DNA of 64,000 nt, from positions 190,092,001 to 190,156,000 of the forward strand of contig OZ024740.1 in the NCBI GenBank assembly GCA_964016885.1. Reading direction: 5' to 3'. The notes beneath the pieces were generated by a model that saw only the letters and a program-made list of their open reading frames with translations, was not told the origin of the DNA and made no database searches. Positions 14,100 through 29,266 of this stretch are shown here, piece by piece. Made by a program: the position numbers and the translations under genes. Origin of the DNA: Eledone cirrhosa (Eukaryota). Each line of letters opens with the position of its first letter. Positions within the stretch are counted from its first letter, which is position 1.

Positions 14100-14227
14100 T
14101 GTATGTGTATGTATGTATGTGTATATATATATATATATTTGTGCGTGAGAGAGAGAGTGTGTACATATATTTTGTGTGTGGGTGTGTGTATGTGTGTATT
14201 CGTGTGTGTGTATATATATATGTATAT

Positions 14228-14273
<46 letters not shown>

Positions 14274-14377
14274 GTATATGTGTGTGTATATATGCGTTAT
14301 ATGTCTGTATATATATTTGTATATTTATGTATAGGTCTGTGTATGTATGTGTATGTTTGTATATGTATGGATATATA

Positions 14378-14422
<45 letters not shown>

Positions 14423-14439
14423 ATATATATATGTATATG

Positions 14440-14474
<35 letters not shown>

Positions 14475-14591
14475 ATAGATATTTATACATATGTATACTC
14501 GTGTTTGTATGTATGCGTGTGAGTGTATTTATTTGGGTATATATGTGTGTGTGTGTGTGTATGTATGTGTATGTGTGTGTGTATCTGTGTG

Positions 14592-14638
<47 letters not shown>

Positions 14639-14645
14639 ATGTGTG

Positions 14646-14726
<81 letters not shown>

Positions 14727-15409
14727 GTATGTGTATGTGTATGTATATGTATTATATGTGTATGTATGTATGTGTGTATGTATGTGTGTTTACATGAATA
14801 TATATTTATATATATTTATATATTTTTTATATATGTGTGTGTGTTTTTATGTGTGTATACGTGTTTGTGTATATGTTTATGGTTGCGCGTAAGTGTGTGA
14901 GTGAGGATGCGTTTTTTTGTTTTTTTGTCTTTTTGTTTTTTTGTGAATGTGTCTGTTGATTTTTGGCATATAGTTGATTAGTTTAAGAGAAGTTCGAAGA
15001 TAATAGTAAGATATGCACTCAGTATTTTGAATCTGTCTGCAGAATTCTCTAGACCTTTGTCACTTAGTAGAACCTTAATGACTTTAGCTTTTAAAGAATC
15101 TCCCTTTTCTTTAATTCTATCGACCATGACTGACCCCCCACTGATTTTATAGACATCTGTTAGCTTAAGAGATACTTATTGACAAGGAATGGTATGCCAT
15201 CCGGAACCTGTTTATAGAATTCTGTCTGCCTTTGTTACTCTAAAAACATAAATAAATATAAATACAAATAAAAATAAACTATAGCTTTGTAGAATTAGCT
15301 TTTAATGAATTCCCTTTTCTATCAACCAATGACCTGCACCCATCCCACTCCCCACCCTCTCCTACCACTTGTAGAGACTTATAAATACCATATTTATGTT
15401 TTGATACCC

Positions 15410-15460
15410 AGATTCCTGATGATTTCTAATGAATGAAACAGTTCTAGTCCTGTAGAATCT
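15410..15460 (+). ncRNA. Minimal type I hammerhead ribozyme (family B, right arm)
   Basis: AGATTC-CTGATGA-TTTCTAATGAAT-GAAA-CAG.TTCTAGTC.CTG-TA-GAATCT, with a GUA cleavage triplet. Confidence 0.82.
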
Positions 15461-15542
15461 CATCTATATTAAAACTGTTATACTCTGCTATGTATTGAGT
15501 ACCTTACTTACTGTGGTTACCTCCGATTCAACCCGGAATAAC

Positions 15543-15663
<121 letters not shown>

Positions 15664-16094
15664 CAGGCACTCATATAGATATGTACGTATCAGTTTAGCG
15701 AACATTTATTATAATGTTCGCTTTGTTTGTTTGTAAAAAAACGGACAGCCTGATTTATGCCGTACGGTGTTAAGGCAACCACGTCACCTTTTTGTTCAAC
15801 ACTGACACAGGAACGATGTACTAGTTTCAAGTTTGTTAGCTATCGTCAGCACCGTATACCCTTCTGCCAGATGATTGAACGTTCGAAAGTATATACTTTC
15901 CTTATGAAAAATAAACGGCTGAGCAGCCTAATTTGCATATCGAGTGAGTTCAGTCGGCCAGGCGCACTGAAAACGATAAATGGAATAGAATAGAATGAAA
16001 CGAAATTTCATTTCTCACTCTTAGTACGGCGCTTACATAAATGTAAGTATGTATGTATACGTACATGCATATATGTATACAGACGTACAGTAGC

Positions 16095-16205
<111 letters not shown>

Positions 16206-16519
16206 CAAGCACACATATATATATGTACGTATCAGTTTAGCGAATATTTATTATAATGTTCGCTTTGTTCGTTTGTAAACAAACGGACAGCCTGATTTAT
16301 GCCGTACGGTGTTAAGGCAACCACGTCACCTTTTTGTTCAACACTAACACAGGAACGATGTACTAGTTTAAAGCTTGTTAGCTATCGTCAGCAACGTATA
16401 CCCTTCTGCCAGATCGTTGAACGTTCGAAAGTATATACATTCCTTATGAAAAATAAACGGCTGAGCAGCCTAATTTGCATATCGAGTAAGTTCAGTCGGC
16501 CAGGCGTTTATTCCCTCAT

Positions 16520-17200
16520 ATGAAGATGAAGCAGTCAAAATGCAGCCACTGCTATCTACTCAGTTAAGGTCATAAAACTATCAAGTTTCTATATCCCAAT
16601 AGCTGCAAATGACGCTGGACATCAATCAGATCTGTAGAAATACTTTAAGATACCGTAACCATTGAATTCTCTCGTTTGGGATATAGCTAGACGTATTGCA
16701 CACTCAGTTAAGACCGATTACTCTTTATATACATGACTCGACACACAGTACCCGTTTTCTCTAGACATTGTGTTACGGCTGGTCACGTTCCTACCGATTG
16801 AACAATACACTAGGTTTTGATCATCTAACCATGGAATGCTCACAGTTACAGATTAAAGAATAATACTTACACACCATTAATGGGCCAACACACATCCTCT
16901 AGGTTTTGTTATCCTTTGTTATGTTACTTTACTTTTTGTGTTCGATAACACACCTCCACCATTTTCACCTGTTGAGATCAGTGGTAATTGATCATGGCTT
17001 CACGATCGATCTATCTCTTATTGGAACATGTGTCGTGATTAAACTGATTGGAAATGTTTAACTTGCCTTAGGATTTTCATTTTGATACTAATACTCCATT
17101 TTACATCATCTAGTTGTTCCCTTGAATGGAATTGGAGATATACTAAATCGTGGAAAACTTAATATTTCTAACAAACAATTATTAGACCGTTTTGCACAAC
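16520..17200 (+). mobile_element. Possible highly decayed Gypsy-type integrase remnant
   Basis: Scattered resemblance to integrase core/C-terminal motifs (SRLG, WANTHPL-VLL, V..NG..D). Many stops. Confidence 0.25.
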
Positions 17201-17232
17201 CAATAATACACCTTACTATATATACACACATA

Positions 17233-17310
<78 letters not shown>

Positions 17311-17655
17311 AGGGTTGACGGACCCAGCATATTTATCAATGCCAGTACCGGTTGTATCTCAGCGCACTCAATGGGCAATGTAAGATACATTACCAGAGTA
17401 TACACATAGTTATTTGCCTCAACACAACACAGGTAAAACGGGCGCCTCTAATGTTCCCGGTCTCGAGTTTCTGGCGCACTAATGCAGCAGTAAGGTGCAC
17501 TGCACCATCTGTCTGCATATATTATGCAGCAATGCACAATCGGCTTATGCGGCTTCATCAGCGGGTATCGCGTAATCAATAACCAATCGATCGACAGAAT
17601 CCAAACACCAGCCCATGCCGGTCATGAATGTTTGTGACAACCGACACGGTAAAGC

Positions 17656-17725
<70 letters not shown>

Positions 17726-19359
17726 ATGTGTGTTTGTGTGTGGAGGTGTGGGTGTGGAGGGTATTATGAACGTGGAATGAAAACCAGCATATTCAAGCAC
17801 AACCTAGTGATATTTATGTCCGACCGACTCTATTTACACTTGTGATTTGAAAACTTATTATTTCACTTTGACGCAAGTTCAGTCCTACAATTGAAATTAT
17901 TCGACACATATGTATACATCATAACTATACTTATAGTTAATAACGAATGTACGACAGCAGAGTTTTTATTAAACTTTGTAGTAAGTTAGAAAGTTGTGTT
18001 CTAAACGTTGATATACATAAATACTATATATCACAAATTACTACGGTCTCTCTCTTTCTCTCTCACTCACTCTATCTCTATATTTATATACACACACACA
18101 CATATATGTATATATATATATATATATATATGTACATGTATATATATGGCACAGAAAATACGATATAAACAAATGAAAAATACGTATACTTACATAATAT
18201 ATAAAATATTTTATTAAATGTATACTTATTTTATTCAGTGTCGTTAGTTGCTTATGTCATGAATTTTTACTGGTTTTATATCGAAGAAGTTATATTATTT
18301 CGCGTCTGTATCTTTCTTAGCATTAAGGACAATCTAGTAGCCTGGCAGAAAGATACTAACATTGAAATTATGTTTCATCTTTTTGAGGTTAGCAAAATGA
18401 AGATAAATAACAGCCATGTGTTAACGACGATTAAATTTACTGCACATTACACGCAACATTTATTAACTTTTATGAAGTTCAGATAGATGGACTCTATATT
18501 TTTATTGTTGTAGCTTTATTAAACTACTATTTTGGCGTCATATATTTCTTAAAAATAGAGTGAATACGTATGCAAGATATAAAACTCATATAGTTCTTAC
18601 ACAAGAGAAAGTTCGATTTTTTTACGACACACAATAATAAGCTAATGGTATATAAGCAGAAAATGAGTTTCATTTTAATAAAATCCGGTCTATGAGATTA
18701 TTTGCAATAAATGTTGCAGTGGCACGGAGCATTTTTATTTTCATTACTTATTACAAATTATAGCACAAAAAATGAGCAATCGAATAATAAATGTTTCATG
18801 TTAACCTTCATTTTAACAGCGATAAATCAATATATATCTACATCTGTATCTCTACACTCCTCTCTATCTATATATTTATTTATTTTTCTCTCTCTCACAT
18901 ACACATACTCTCTCTCAATATGTATACACACACACACACACGTATATATATATATATATATATAAATACTGAAGTGTCGGTAACCAAAAAACACATACAT
19001 AAATTTATATATTCATATATATATATATTGTTTCATTGGCATGGGTAGAGGTCATTGGCTGATGGATTTAAAAAATGTGGATACTTTGATAAAACTATAT
19101 TTAAAGAAAAATACATTGTGCTACAGAATGATACAAATGCAGGAACTCCTAATTTTCAAGGATCATTTATTCTGAGCAAACAAAGGGATCTCATAAATGG
19201 GTGTATTAACATGCTCGGTCAAAGAATGGTGAAGTCTGCACCGCCTCAAAATAAATAAAAATATTTTTTTCTGGGGGGGGGGGGTAAATATTTCAAAGAA
19301 AATACAGATATAAAAATATATTATGTATACATACACATCCATACCTCTTTCTCTCTCTC

Positions 19360-19485
<126 letters not shown>

Positions 19486-20054
19486 TAGATATATATATGT
19501 AAATAAATATACACGGATAGGTATAGAAAATTATATGAATAAAAGGAATTCCAACTTTGTCTGATTTACCCGTTTTATTTACAATCCTTTAAAATTATAA
19601 TGATATTATAATGAAATAGTATGGTAGAATATTAAGTGTTAATTGAACAAGTACTCTCATGGTTCATATATAGTGGTGACAGTCAAGTTTGTAATTTTCA
19701 CCGGTAATGAGATGGGTAAATTCTGCGCCTTATATACAGTAAAAAGGGGCTCCAGAATGTTAAGTTTTGCAAACTGTATTTCGACCAATCAGTGTGTAGT
19801 TTCACTAGATTACTAAAGCTGATTAGTTTAGGTTGAGCATGTCTAACGACTTCTATTTGACCCTATCCAAAGAATCAATATTTTGCTAATTTTAGAAATG
19901 ATGAAATAGCATTTTCTAGGGTTTTTATAAAAAATCTTCAGTAATCACCACCATCAACATAACTTTTATTATTATTATTGTTGTTGTTGTTGTTAGTGTT
20001 GGTAGTCAACATGTAGTCGTAGGCGTAGTCATAGTAGGAGTTATACCCCTAAGC

Positions 20055-21135
20055 GTTATTATTGTTCATTTAGCTTGGGTTGGAATTTATCAATAACATT
20101 GTTTTCTTTAATTTTTCTCTTGATTTCACTAGGGCTGTGTAATTTGTAGATTGGAAATATTATAAATATTTTCTGACCACATGTTGCTAGATAGTTACTC
20201 AGGGGTATCTGAAGGACATTTGGGGTTCTGATTTGCTGTCGGTGCACCCGTGCACCTTCCGATAGTTCATTTCCAGTTTCAACGACATATAGTTCTTCAC
20301 AATACGGGCATTTAATGCAGTAAATTAGATTTCTCCTTTTGCAGGTTCATATTAACATTTGGGAATATTTTTCCAGTTTTTGCGTTCATATATTGACCAG
20401 TATGTATGGATTGACATGTGCCACATCGACTATCATTAGATTTAGATACAGTGAATGATTGGTCGTTGTAGTTAGGGTTAAACTTTGCCTTTGTTAGTAA
20501 TGGCTTCAAATGTTTCGATCTGTCTTTTACTAAGAGTCAAAGATCGGTCTGTGATTAAACCTTTTAATTCATTACTTTCAGCAATGATCGGTAGGTTTGC
20601 TTTGGCAGTATTGAAGATATTCTGGTGACATGGGTTGTGTGTAATTATTAATGGTATGACTAGTTCTTGGTTTATTCTTCCTTGGGTTGTGCTAAGTTGT
20701 TGTATAGGTATTTCTATAGCCCGCTGTATGCCATTTTCAATAAGTAGAGATGGGTATTTTTGTTTGAGCAAAAATTCTCTCAGTTCTGTTAGGCGTTTGT
20801 TCGTGGTATTCGTATCTTCTACAATCGTACAAATTCTTCTGGCTATGCAGTATGGGATGTTACGTTTTGTATGAGTTGGATGGCACGACTTAAAATTCAG
20901 ATATTGATGGTTGTCTGTGTGTTTATAGTATATATTTGTGGTAATGGCAGTGTCCTTTTTGATTGCCATTATATCTAGGAATGGTAATTTGATACTACTC
21001 AACTCTTTTGTGAATTGGAAAGATGGGTGTAGGTTATTCAGGAGGTTATTGAAATCATTCAGTGTATCTAGAGATTCTGTCCAGATGATGAAACAGTCGT
21101 CAAGGTATCTCTTCCAAGACTTTTCAATGTACTTT
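20055..21135 (-). mobile_element. Penelope-like element fragment of a different (Neptune/Poseidon-like) type
   Basis: RYLDDCFIIW, LPFLDI, YYKHTDNHQYLNFKSCHPTHTKRNIPY, CGTC, NLIYCIKCPYC..YV.ETG..HRQQI across broken frames. Confidence 0.85.
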
Positions 21136-21150
21136 CTATATATATATATA

Positions 21151-21279
21151 TAAGTTAATCCGAGTTCAATCGGAGGTAATCACAGTAAGAAATGTACTCA
21201 ATACATAGTGGAGTATAAATATTTAATAGAAAAAAGATTCTACAGGACTAGAACTGTTTCATTCATGCGAAATCATCAG
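21151..21279 (-). ncRNA. Solo family-B-type hammerhead core + 3' tail module
   Basis: Reverse complement has CTGATGA.TTTCGCATGAAT.GAAA.CAGTTCTAGTCCTG.TA.GAATCT plus a tail homologous to 15480-15543. The 5' arm of stem I is lost. Confidence 0.68.
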
Positions 21280-21345
21280 TATATGTATATTCCTAGCAAC
21301 TGATGTGGGGATAATACTCTCTTTCGCCCGTAACATTTTATTTTC

Positions 21346-21572
<227 letters not shown>

Positions 21573-21629
21573 TGTTGGCTTGGCTACTGCCGAAGCTTCG
21601 ATTTTACCAACTTTCATATATATATATAT

Positions 21630-22568
21630 ACTAGCATTAAAGCCCGGCGTTGTTCGGGGTCACTAAGTTACCAAAGTTAGGTTGCACCACTCATTTTATG
21701 GCAGCAAATTTCTGTCTGCCAGGCACTGGGTGAATGAATTGCAGACCTGGACTGCCGAAGCAGGAGCTGCGCCAGCAGTGACAATTGTAGTTTCGCCTAT
21801 GGATATTATCTCTGTGCAAAGAAGTGTTGAAATTTATTGTTTCACAGTTCTTGCGCAATACGCGCGTAGACGATGCCAGCTGAACAACAGGGCTGCGATG
21901 AAGTTGTTCTGCATGGTTGTCTAATGTGTGTTTTCTAAATTTAAGAGAGTAGGGAGAGGTGTGATATGGGGGAGTGTTAGCTGCTGTTTCTAGCAGGTTT
22001 AGTGACCTCATAGAATATATGTTTTCTAAATTTAAGACAGTAGGGAGGGGTGTGATATGGGGGAGAGTTAGCTGCTGTTTCTAGCAGGTTTAGTGACCTC
22101 ATAGAGGATATATTTTCTAAATGTAAGACAGTAGGGAGGGGTGTGATATGGGGGAGAGTTAAGTTCTCTTTGTCATTGAAGTAAATAAATGTTTGACCGT
22201 TCCACACTCAAAAACAAACGTTCTCTCTCTCTCTCTCCCTCTCACTCTCTTCTCTCTCTCTCTCTGTTCGGCGTTCCTAAAGGAAGTGTGCAAGCATGTA
22301 TGTAGTTTTATCGAATTTGAAGGGGAGTAGAGAGAGGTAGCAGATTCTATTAGAGGGGTAAAGCGTCATGTATTTAGTTTTATCGATTATTTACATAATT
22401 GTTAATGAGTTTGAATGGAAAATATAGTCGTTGCCCTAAGTTGGACCATTTACAACATTCTCACGGACGTTGAGTCGAATCAATTTGAAATTGTGCAAAT
22501 GTATAAAGATGGAACATGTGCACACACACATACACAGCAACAACAATCTGCCTTTTATAGATAATGAT
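21630..22568 (-). mobile_element. Non-autonomous Helitron
   Basis: The minus strand ends with hairpin CCCGAACAACGCCGGG, then CTAGT. The 5' end is TC..TCTATAAAAGG..TGTGTG-like. Internal ~90-bp tandem repeat at 21930-22160. No TSD, inserted in TA. Confidence 0.72.
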
Positions 22569-22706
22569 AAGTATATATATATAATTATATATATATATAT
22601 ATATATGAAAGAAGGGTAAAATCGAAGCTTCGGCTGTAACCAAGCCAACAAGATACAACGAGGAATGTGCTGCCAAGCACTCGGTGAGGAGTCTCAGAGT
22701 AATAAC

Positions 22707-22891
22707 TGTTTCTACGTTTGGCACAAGGCCATCAATTATCCCAGTACATTACTGGTACGTTATTTTATCGACCCCGTAACGATGAAAGCCAAAGTTAACC
22801 TCGGCGGGATTTGAGCTCAGATTGTAAAGGGACGTAACTATGCTGGAAAGCATGTCCGACCCTCTACCGATACTGCCAATTCACCGTCATT
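22707..22891 (-). mobile_element. tRNA-derived SINE with 17-bp TSD
   Basis: TSD AGTCTCAGAGTAATAAC at 22690-22706 and 22892-22908. A/B boxes on the minus strand. Confidence 0.92.
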
Positions 22892-23115
22892 AGTCTCAGA
22901 GTAATAACATTCGTTAGACGGCATGACAAATTGAAAACTGTGGCAGGCAGACCCAACCACGACCCCCAAAGCAACAAAAACCAGATATATATGTTTTTAT
23001 GTAAGTAACTTGAGGATGCGAACGATCAATATGGTCACAGGACTCGATGATGTTCGTAGGTCCGTCTCGCACTTTGTTGTGCTCCTGCTTTCGGGTGGCT
23101 GTAGTTTGCAGAGTG

Positions 23116-23408
23116 TATATAAAGTGTCATTAAGAATTGCAGCTTTTTGTGAAAATTTATTTCCATCGTACAATTCTCTCTATATCGATCAGCACAGGTT
23201 TGAATATGCGACCGGATGTTGACTCTTAATCGACACTTCTTCAGACATGAAAGTGTAGCCAACCATGTAAATTCTCATACCTGAAGAAGTGTAGATTTAG
23301 ATTTAGGATCCAATCACATGATCAAACCTGTGCTGATTGATTTAGAAACAATTATGATATTAAATGAAATTTCACAAAAAACTGCAATTCTTATTGTCAC
23401 TTTATATA
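23116..23408. repeat. Diverged ~290-bp fold-back palindrome with hammerhead-like cores in both arms
   Basis: Arms 23116-23250 and 23276-23408 are reverse complements. CTGAAGA...GAAACAATTA on plus, CTGAAGA...GAGAGAATTGTA on minus. Confidence 0.7.
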
Positions 23409-23429
23409 TATATATATATATACATATAT

Positions 23430-23697
<268 letters not shown>

Positions 23698-24059
23698 GAA
23701 ATGTTGTTAAGACAAAGTTACTTTGGAGTCACCCTTCCTATTAACATCTAATGTATTATGTATCTGCCTTTTGACCAGTGGAATTTGTCGGATTTGATAA
23801 AAGTTCCTTCGTGCTATTTTTAACAAATTCCTTTCTTCTAGCGCGGCGTATAGTTTAGTTTCTTGTTTACATCTTCATTCAGCTGCGAGTCCTGTTCGAG
23901 CATCTTCCGTTTATCGCTGTCCTTTGTATCACTACTGCTCAGCCGACGTCATCGTGCCGTTGCGAGCAGCAGTTTACCCATCCTGTACAACAACAACAAT
24001 AATAAAGAGGTTGGGGATTGCTTTGATGGCAGTAGCAACATCACCTCCTAAATTAGTAA

Positions 24060-25010
24060 TAATAATAATGATAATGATGATGATGATTTTTGTATCATTC
24101 GCCAGAAGTACTGAACAGAGGACAATACATAGACATGGACATTTGGGGTTTACATAAAATCGTGTAAAAAATGATAGCAAAAGTAATTCACAAAAAATAA
24201 TAGATCTTATAGAATTTCCAAACAGATGGGGTTACCACCCAGGATTAACGTTAGGAACTCCACTAATTCTAAACAAACTCTCCTCCAAAGTACCCTAGGA
24301 TTATTCCCCGCTCTCCCTTAATCTTTCCAGCCTGAAGGTTTATGGTTTATGGTCAGAATCGGCTTTCTCACACAGTCCATCCTCGCAACAATCACCCACC
24401 TTTTCACATCATAAATCTATGGTGGGGTTGGGCAGCACATTCCTCTCCCCACTCACCTTTCTTTCCCTGTGGAGCTTGAAAAAGTTGTTGAGGGCTTGGC
24501 GGTATAGGAAGGTTTCTGTCATCAGTCTTTTCAGGCACGTCCACCATACAACCTCTCTCGCCAGAGCTCCGTCTAAAACCACTAATATGGCTGTAGAATT
24601 ATCTGGAACCGGCAGTGCCCTCCGGGTAGACGGACATACAAGGGATTTCTGGAAATTTTCCATAGTTTTGGCGGAACGGTAGAATCTCCCGGAGAGAACC
24701 ATCGCACTTGCCCTCCACTAGAAAGCTAGAGTGGAATATCCTCTGACCGCATTGCTCGATATGTAGAAGGCAAGATTCCAGATGTCAGGCGCCTAGTTTG
24801 GTTTACGCTTAACCCACAACTTCTGCTCAGTAAAAGAGATGAGCTGCGGAAAAAAATGCGTCTGAGAAAGTGCGCCCACACCTGCTCAGCGTTAATATCT
24901 GGAGTTGATGTAGCCTCAGAGTATTTGTGCGTATCATCAGCCATGGCATTGCCAGCTTTCCACTAAATTAAGAAAACTGTAGAGTATTGTGATTAGCACC
25001 AAGTGTGCTT
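24060..25010 (-). mobile_element. Internally deleted Tx1-like element (putative 5'/ORF1 start fused to ORF2 end)
   Basis: ALAREVVWWTCLKRLMTETFL..ALNNFFKLHRERKVSGERNVL resembles the ORF2 tail at 2820-3000. (ATC/ATT)n tail at ~24055-24085. Upstream ORF 24726-24944. Confidence 0.6.
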
Positions 25011-25087
25011 TTTACGTTACATAAAAAAAAATTAAAATTAAAATTAAAAGTGTAAATATTTCGGATGTAGGGAGTGTATTATAGATA

Positions 25088-26435
25088 TATTTCTTTATTT
25101 GCCACAAGGACGCACACTAAAAGGGGACGATAAAAGACACATGTCGGGGATTTTACATACAGTCGTGTAAGAAAATATGAAAATAACAAACAATTATAAC
25201 AATCGAAATCCCCAATAGGGGGGAGACGCCACAAATGGGTTGTCTAATACCCCGTCGATAGAACAACCCTCAACTTCAGGAGCGTGTTGTGCAAGTGCTT
25301 CCCTTCTTCCTTTTGCTCTCTTCTTTAACCTACAGGCTTATAAATAGAGAAGGCCCAATCACTCGGGCCATTTTCGCTTCATTCACCCACCAGTAAATTT
25401 ACTGGGTGCAGTGTCTCTCTCTCTCCACTCTGATTCTTCGCCTAAAGTGATACATAAAGAAAGGAATCCATTGTTGTCCGGAGAGAAAGGATTCTGTCCT
25501 CAACCCTCTCAATCTCGTTCATCATATAAGCTCTTCACCAGAGCCACTGTACAGAGGAAAATCGTTTCTGTTTCGTTTTTGAAAGAGGTTTGATCCTTAA
25601 TATGGACTCGGCAGTCAACTGAATTTATCCCATACGCAACAGCGCTTGCTCTGCATAGTTCCACAGGTCGCTTACGCCCGGGCAGTGTGCAATTGCGTGC
25701 AAACCATTTCAATGTCCTGCTCGCATCTTGGAAACGTCCTCTTGGAAGGATCTCTGCCGGGGCGTCCGTGCCTGCAGATCTTATCCCGAACAGGTAGAGG
25801 TCCTCGGTAACATTGCTAGGCCAGGGACCTCTGGAACTTATGCATATAGCCCGGGCGGAAAGTGCTATCGAACAGACTGGTGAGCTCGTCGTCTCTGACG
25901 CTTAGAGTCTCCCCGAGCACGGCATCGCACTTGTAAAGTACTAACCCTCTATAGAATGTCGAAGTGGAGTCTCCACTGATTGCTCTACTCGCTTGAGAGA
26001 GGACTGTGAGCACCTGGGCGCATTCAATGTGCCAGGCGCCCATCTTCTTCGGTCTTCGCTTGACCCAGGACTGCAGCTCCGTCAGCGAGACGAGTTGTGG
26101 GAAGGCCTGTCTCACAAACGGTGCCCACACCGGTTGGTCGGTGAGGAATCCCTGAAGATGCCGTAGCCTCAGCGCATGTTTGTGCATCATTAGTCACGGC
26201 ATGCCCAGCCCTCCGTTGGAAGGGTGTTGACAGCAGACGGATCTCCGCACCAGTGGAGCCTGCTTCTTCCACAGGAACTGGAAGAGCATGCGTTACATCT
26301 TGGCGATGTATTCACGAGGACAAGACATGAGAGTCAAGCGGTAGTAGATGACGGACGCTATGAAATTGTTCGCCACCTCCGTTCGACCTTTCAAAGACAG
26401 TTTGCACTCTGCCCACTTCTGGGTGAGCGCAAATT
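25088..26435 (-). mobile_element. 5'-truncated Tx1-like LINE 3' part (related to 1-3290)
   Basis: HKHALRLRHLQGFL..VWAPFV..FPQLVSLTELQSWVKRRP parallels 2190-2340. Ends CCTTGTGGCAAATAAAG. Confidence 0.82.
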
Positions 26436-26955
26436 ATTATAGATAGTTTATCAATGAAGCTTGAAATAGAGGGAAAACACACATGAAAATATAAATAGAT
26501 AAGTGTGTAAATGTATACACACACGAATACCCTGATACAACGGTGTATATGAGGTTGATTAACAAAATATACATGAAGAAAATTGTGTCAGTATATACAC
26601 AAAGGTAGATAAATATATAAATAACTAGCAGAATGGCCAGGCATTTCTCGGGACTCTAAATATAGATTGGCATGTTTATCCTTCCTTTCTGAAACAGTAC
26701 AGAGAAGTACGGAATACCTCGGCGTCGGGATCGTGTCTATATTTTGTACTTTCGTGAAATATATACGTCTGTTTATATCTTGTTTTTGTGTATGCAAAAA
26801 TATCTGTACATGAATATATAATTATATATATATATGTCAACAAATTAATTAAATAAAATAAAATAAAATACGGGAGTCATGTCCGAGACATGCGCCATAT
26901 CCACCGTAGAATAAGCTCAAAGTTTCCAATGAATAGATCCGAGCATTTTATAACA

Positions 26956-27262
26956 ACTAGAAAGTGATTGACATATATATATATTTAAAATAAACACATG
27001 AAACAATCACAGGGGATAATTTGTAAAGTGTGTAATCACACATAGCTTCGTAGGTAACTAATTAAAGTTTAAGTAGAGCTTCAAATATTACCTTTTTAAA
27101 AAATGTTAAATAATTTTGAAAAAGGTAATATCTGAAGTTCTAGTTAAACTTTAATTAGTTACATACCTAGCTATGTGTGATTACACACTTTACAAATTAT
27201 CCCATGTGATTGTTTCGTGTGTTTTTTTTAAATATATATATATATGTCAATCACTTTCTAGT
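26956..27262. repeat. ~305-bp imperfect fold-back palindrome
   Basis: ACTAGAAAGTGATTGAC...GTCAATCACTTTCTAGT. Arms are complementary almost to the centre (~27105). Confidence 0.88.
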
Positions 27263-27559
27263 AGATATATATATATATATATATATTAAAATAACAGATT
27301 AATGTTTAAGTAAAGAATCGCTGCTTTCACTCTTAACGGGATCTTATGCAACTAAAGAAATCAATCTCTGAATGCAGAAGTAAATATTTCAAAAAACTTT
27401 GCAAACGAAGGAAAACAGGTAGACAATACTTTGATTCGTGAAGACGTTTCCTGGCAATGAACGGAAGATAGCGAAGATAATACGTCAGCAATGAGAATAT
27501 TATATATATATATATACACACACTATTTATATACATATATAAACACACACAAACAGACA

Positions 27560-27848
27560 GTGAAGACAATGTTTTCATAATGTCGTAATGCGGAGAGCCA
27601 GACATACAGACATATATTATAAGGGCGCGACGTTATAGCTATGTATCTATCTAAAAAGACAGACTAAGAAAGAGAGTGAGAGAGCCCTAACCGGCGCTTA
27701 ATGGGGTCCCTAGAGCATTGGAAATTTGAAATATCTTTTGCTCACACAACCATAAGTATTACATATGTAAAGTTTGAAAAAAACCGGTTGGGTGCTTCTC
27801 GAGTTTTAGGGAGACAGACAGACATTCTCTGTTATAGATATATAGATA
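27560..27848 (-). mobile_element. Helitron-like 5' terminal fragment
   Basis: The minus strand begins A|TCTATATATCTATAACAGAGAATGTCTGTCTGTC, a typical non-autonomous Helitron 5' end. Confidence 0.5.
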
Positions 27849-27977
27849 AATACAAATATAAATTTATGAAAGATACAGAGTTATATGAATATGTATGTCT
27901 ATAAATATAGATATACCTGTAAGCACACATATGTTGATAGGTGTATGATTAGTAATACACACAGATACACGCATACA

Positions 27978-28166
<189 letters not shown>

Positions 28167-28203
28167 CACTCATATATATAAGCACACACACAGATAACAC
28201 CCG

Positions 28204-28241
<38 letters not shown>

Positions 28242-28294
28242 AATTAATAAAATAATGAATAAACTAAGAAACAGTTCCTTATATTAAAAATAAT

Positions 28295-28436
28295 TCATCA
28301 TTTTACGATAGTTTCTAGGATATATATGTGTTAGAGTTGGTATGCATATTCTATAGATCTATGTACGATATTTATACACACTATCAGAGGGAATATACAT
28401 ACCTACACATATATATGCTGTCTTCAGAAATAATGA
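28295..28436 (-). ncRNA. Long-stem-II hammerhead (family A, left arm; stem III mutated)
   Basis: Reverse complement reads TCATTATTT-CTGAAGA-[hairpin]-GAAA-CTATCG-TA-AAATGATGA. Confidence 0.62.
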
Positions 28437-29106
28437 TATTTGTTTATTGAAAAAAACAAATATTCAATACAATAGGTCTGTTTGGGAACAGGTTTTGAAT
28501 TGACCAATCAGGAGATAGTGAGGGTCAAGATAGTAATATAGTAGTAGAAGAACCTTAAATTAGGGGTAGAGGAAGGTCGATTTCAGTTTTGGATGGAAAA
28601 GAATATTATGAATGAAGGATTATTTTGCTGACCTCAGAAATAATTGTATTTGTTCATTGAATAAAACCAACAAAGATCTAATATATTCTGTCTGTTTGGT
28701 AAGAGGTTTAGAGTTAACCAATAGAAAGTTAATAATTGGCCAAATGCTAAAATAGTAGTAATTGAAGCTTATTTTAGGGGTGAAAATAGGTCAGGTGGTC
28801 AGTGAAAGGTATACAAGCAGTTGCTGTTATAAAATAGTAATGCCAATACAAATATCTAAGGTGACCAAAGTTTTAAGATGTTAATGTTAGTGAAAAAAAT
28901 ACATCTATGAAAAGAATATAAAATTAATTTAATTGATGGGTGTATTTATATTGATACAATTATACTAATACATATAGATATGATAAATAAGAGTTAGATG
29001 CAGTTGAAAAGTGCTGTTAAAGATGAGGGGAAATTAAAAGAATATAAAAATAATATATATATATATATACTTATACACATATATATATATACATATATAT
29101 ACACAT

Positions 29107-29170
<64 letters not shown>

Positions 29171-29221
29171 TTATATATATATATATACATATATATACAC
29201 ATACACACACACACATACACA

Positions 29222-29266
<45 letters not shown>

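Noticed and set aside
21930-22160. CRISPR-like array
   Set aside because: Whole ~90-bp units repeat with no unique spacers, in a eukaryotic Helitron interior.
26956-27262. Hammerhead inside this palindrome
   Set aside because: CTGAAGT..TAAAC deviates at core positions in both arms; kept only as a fold-back repeat.
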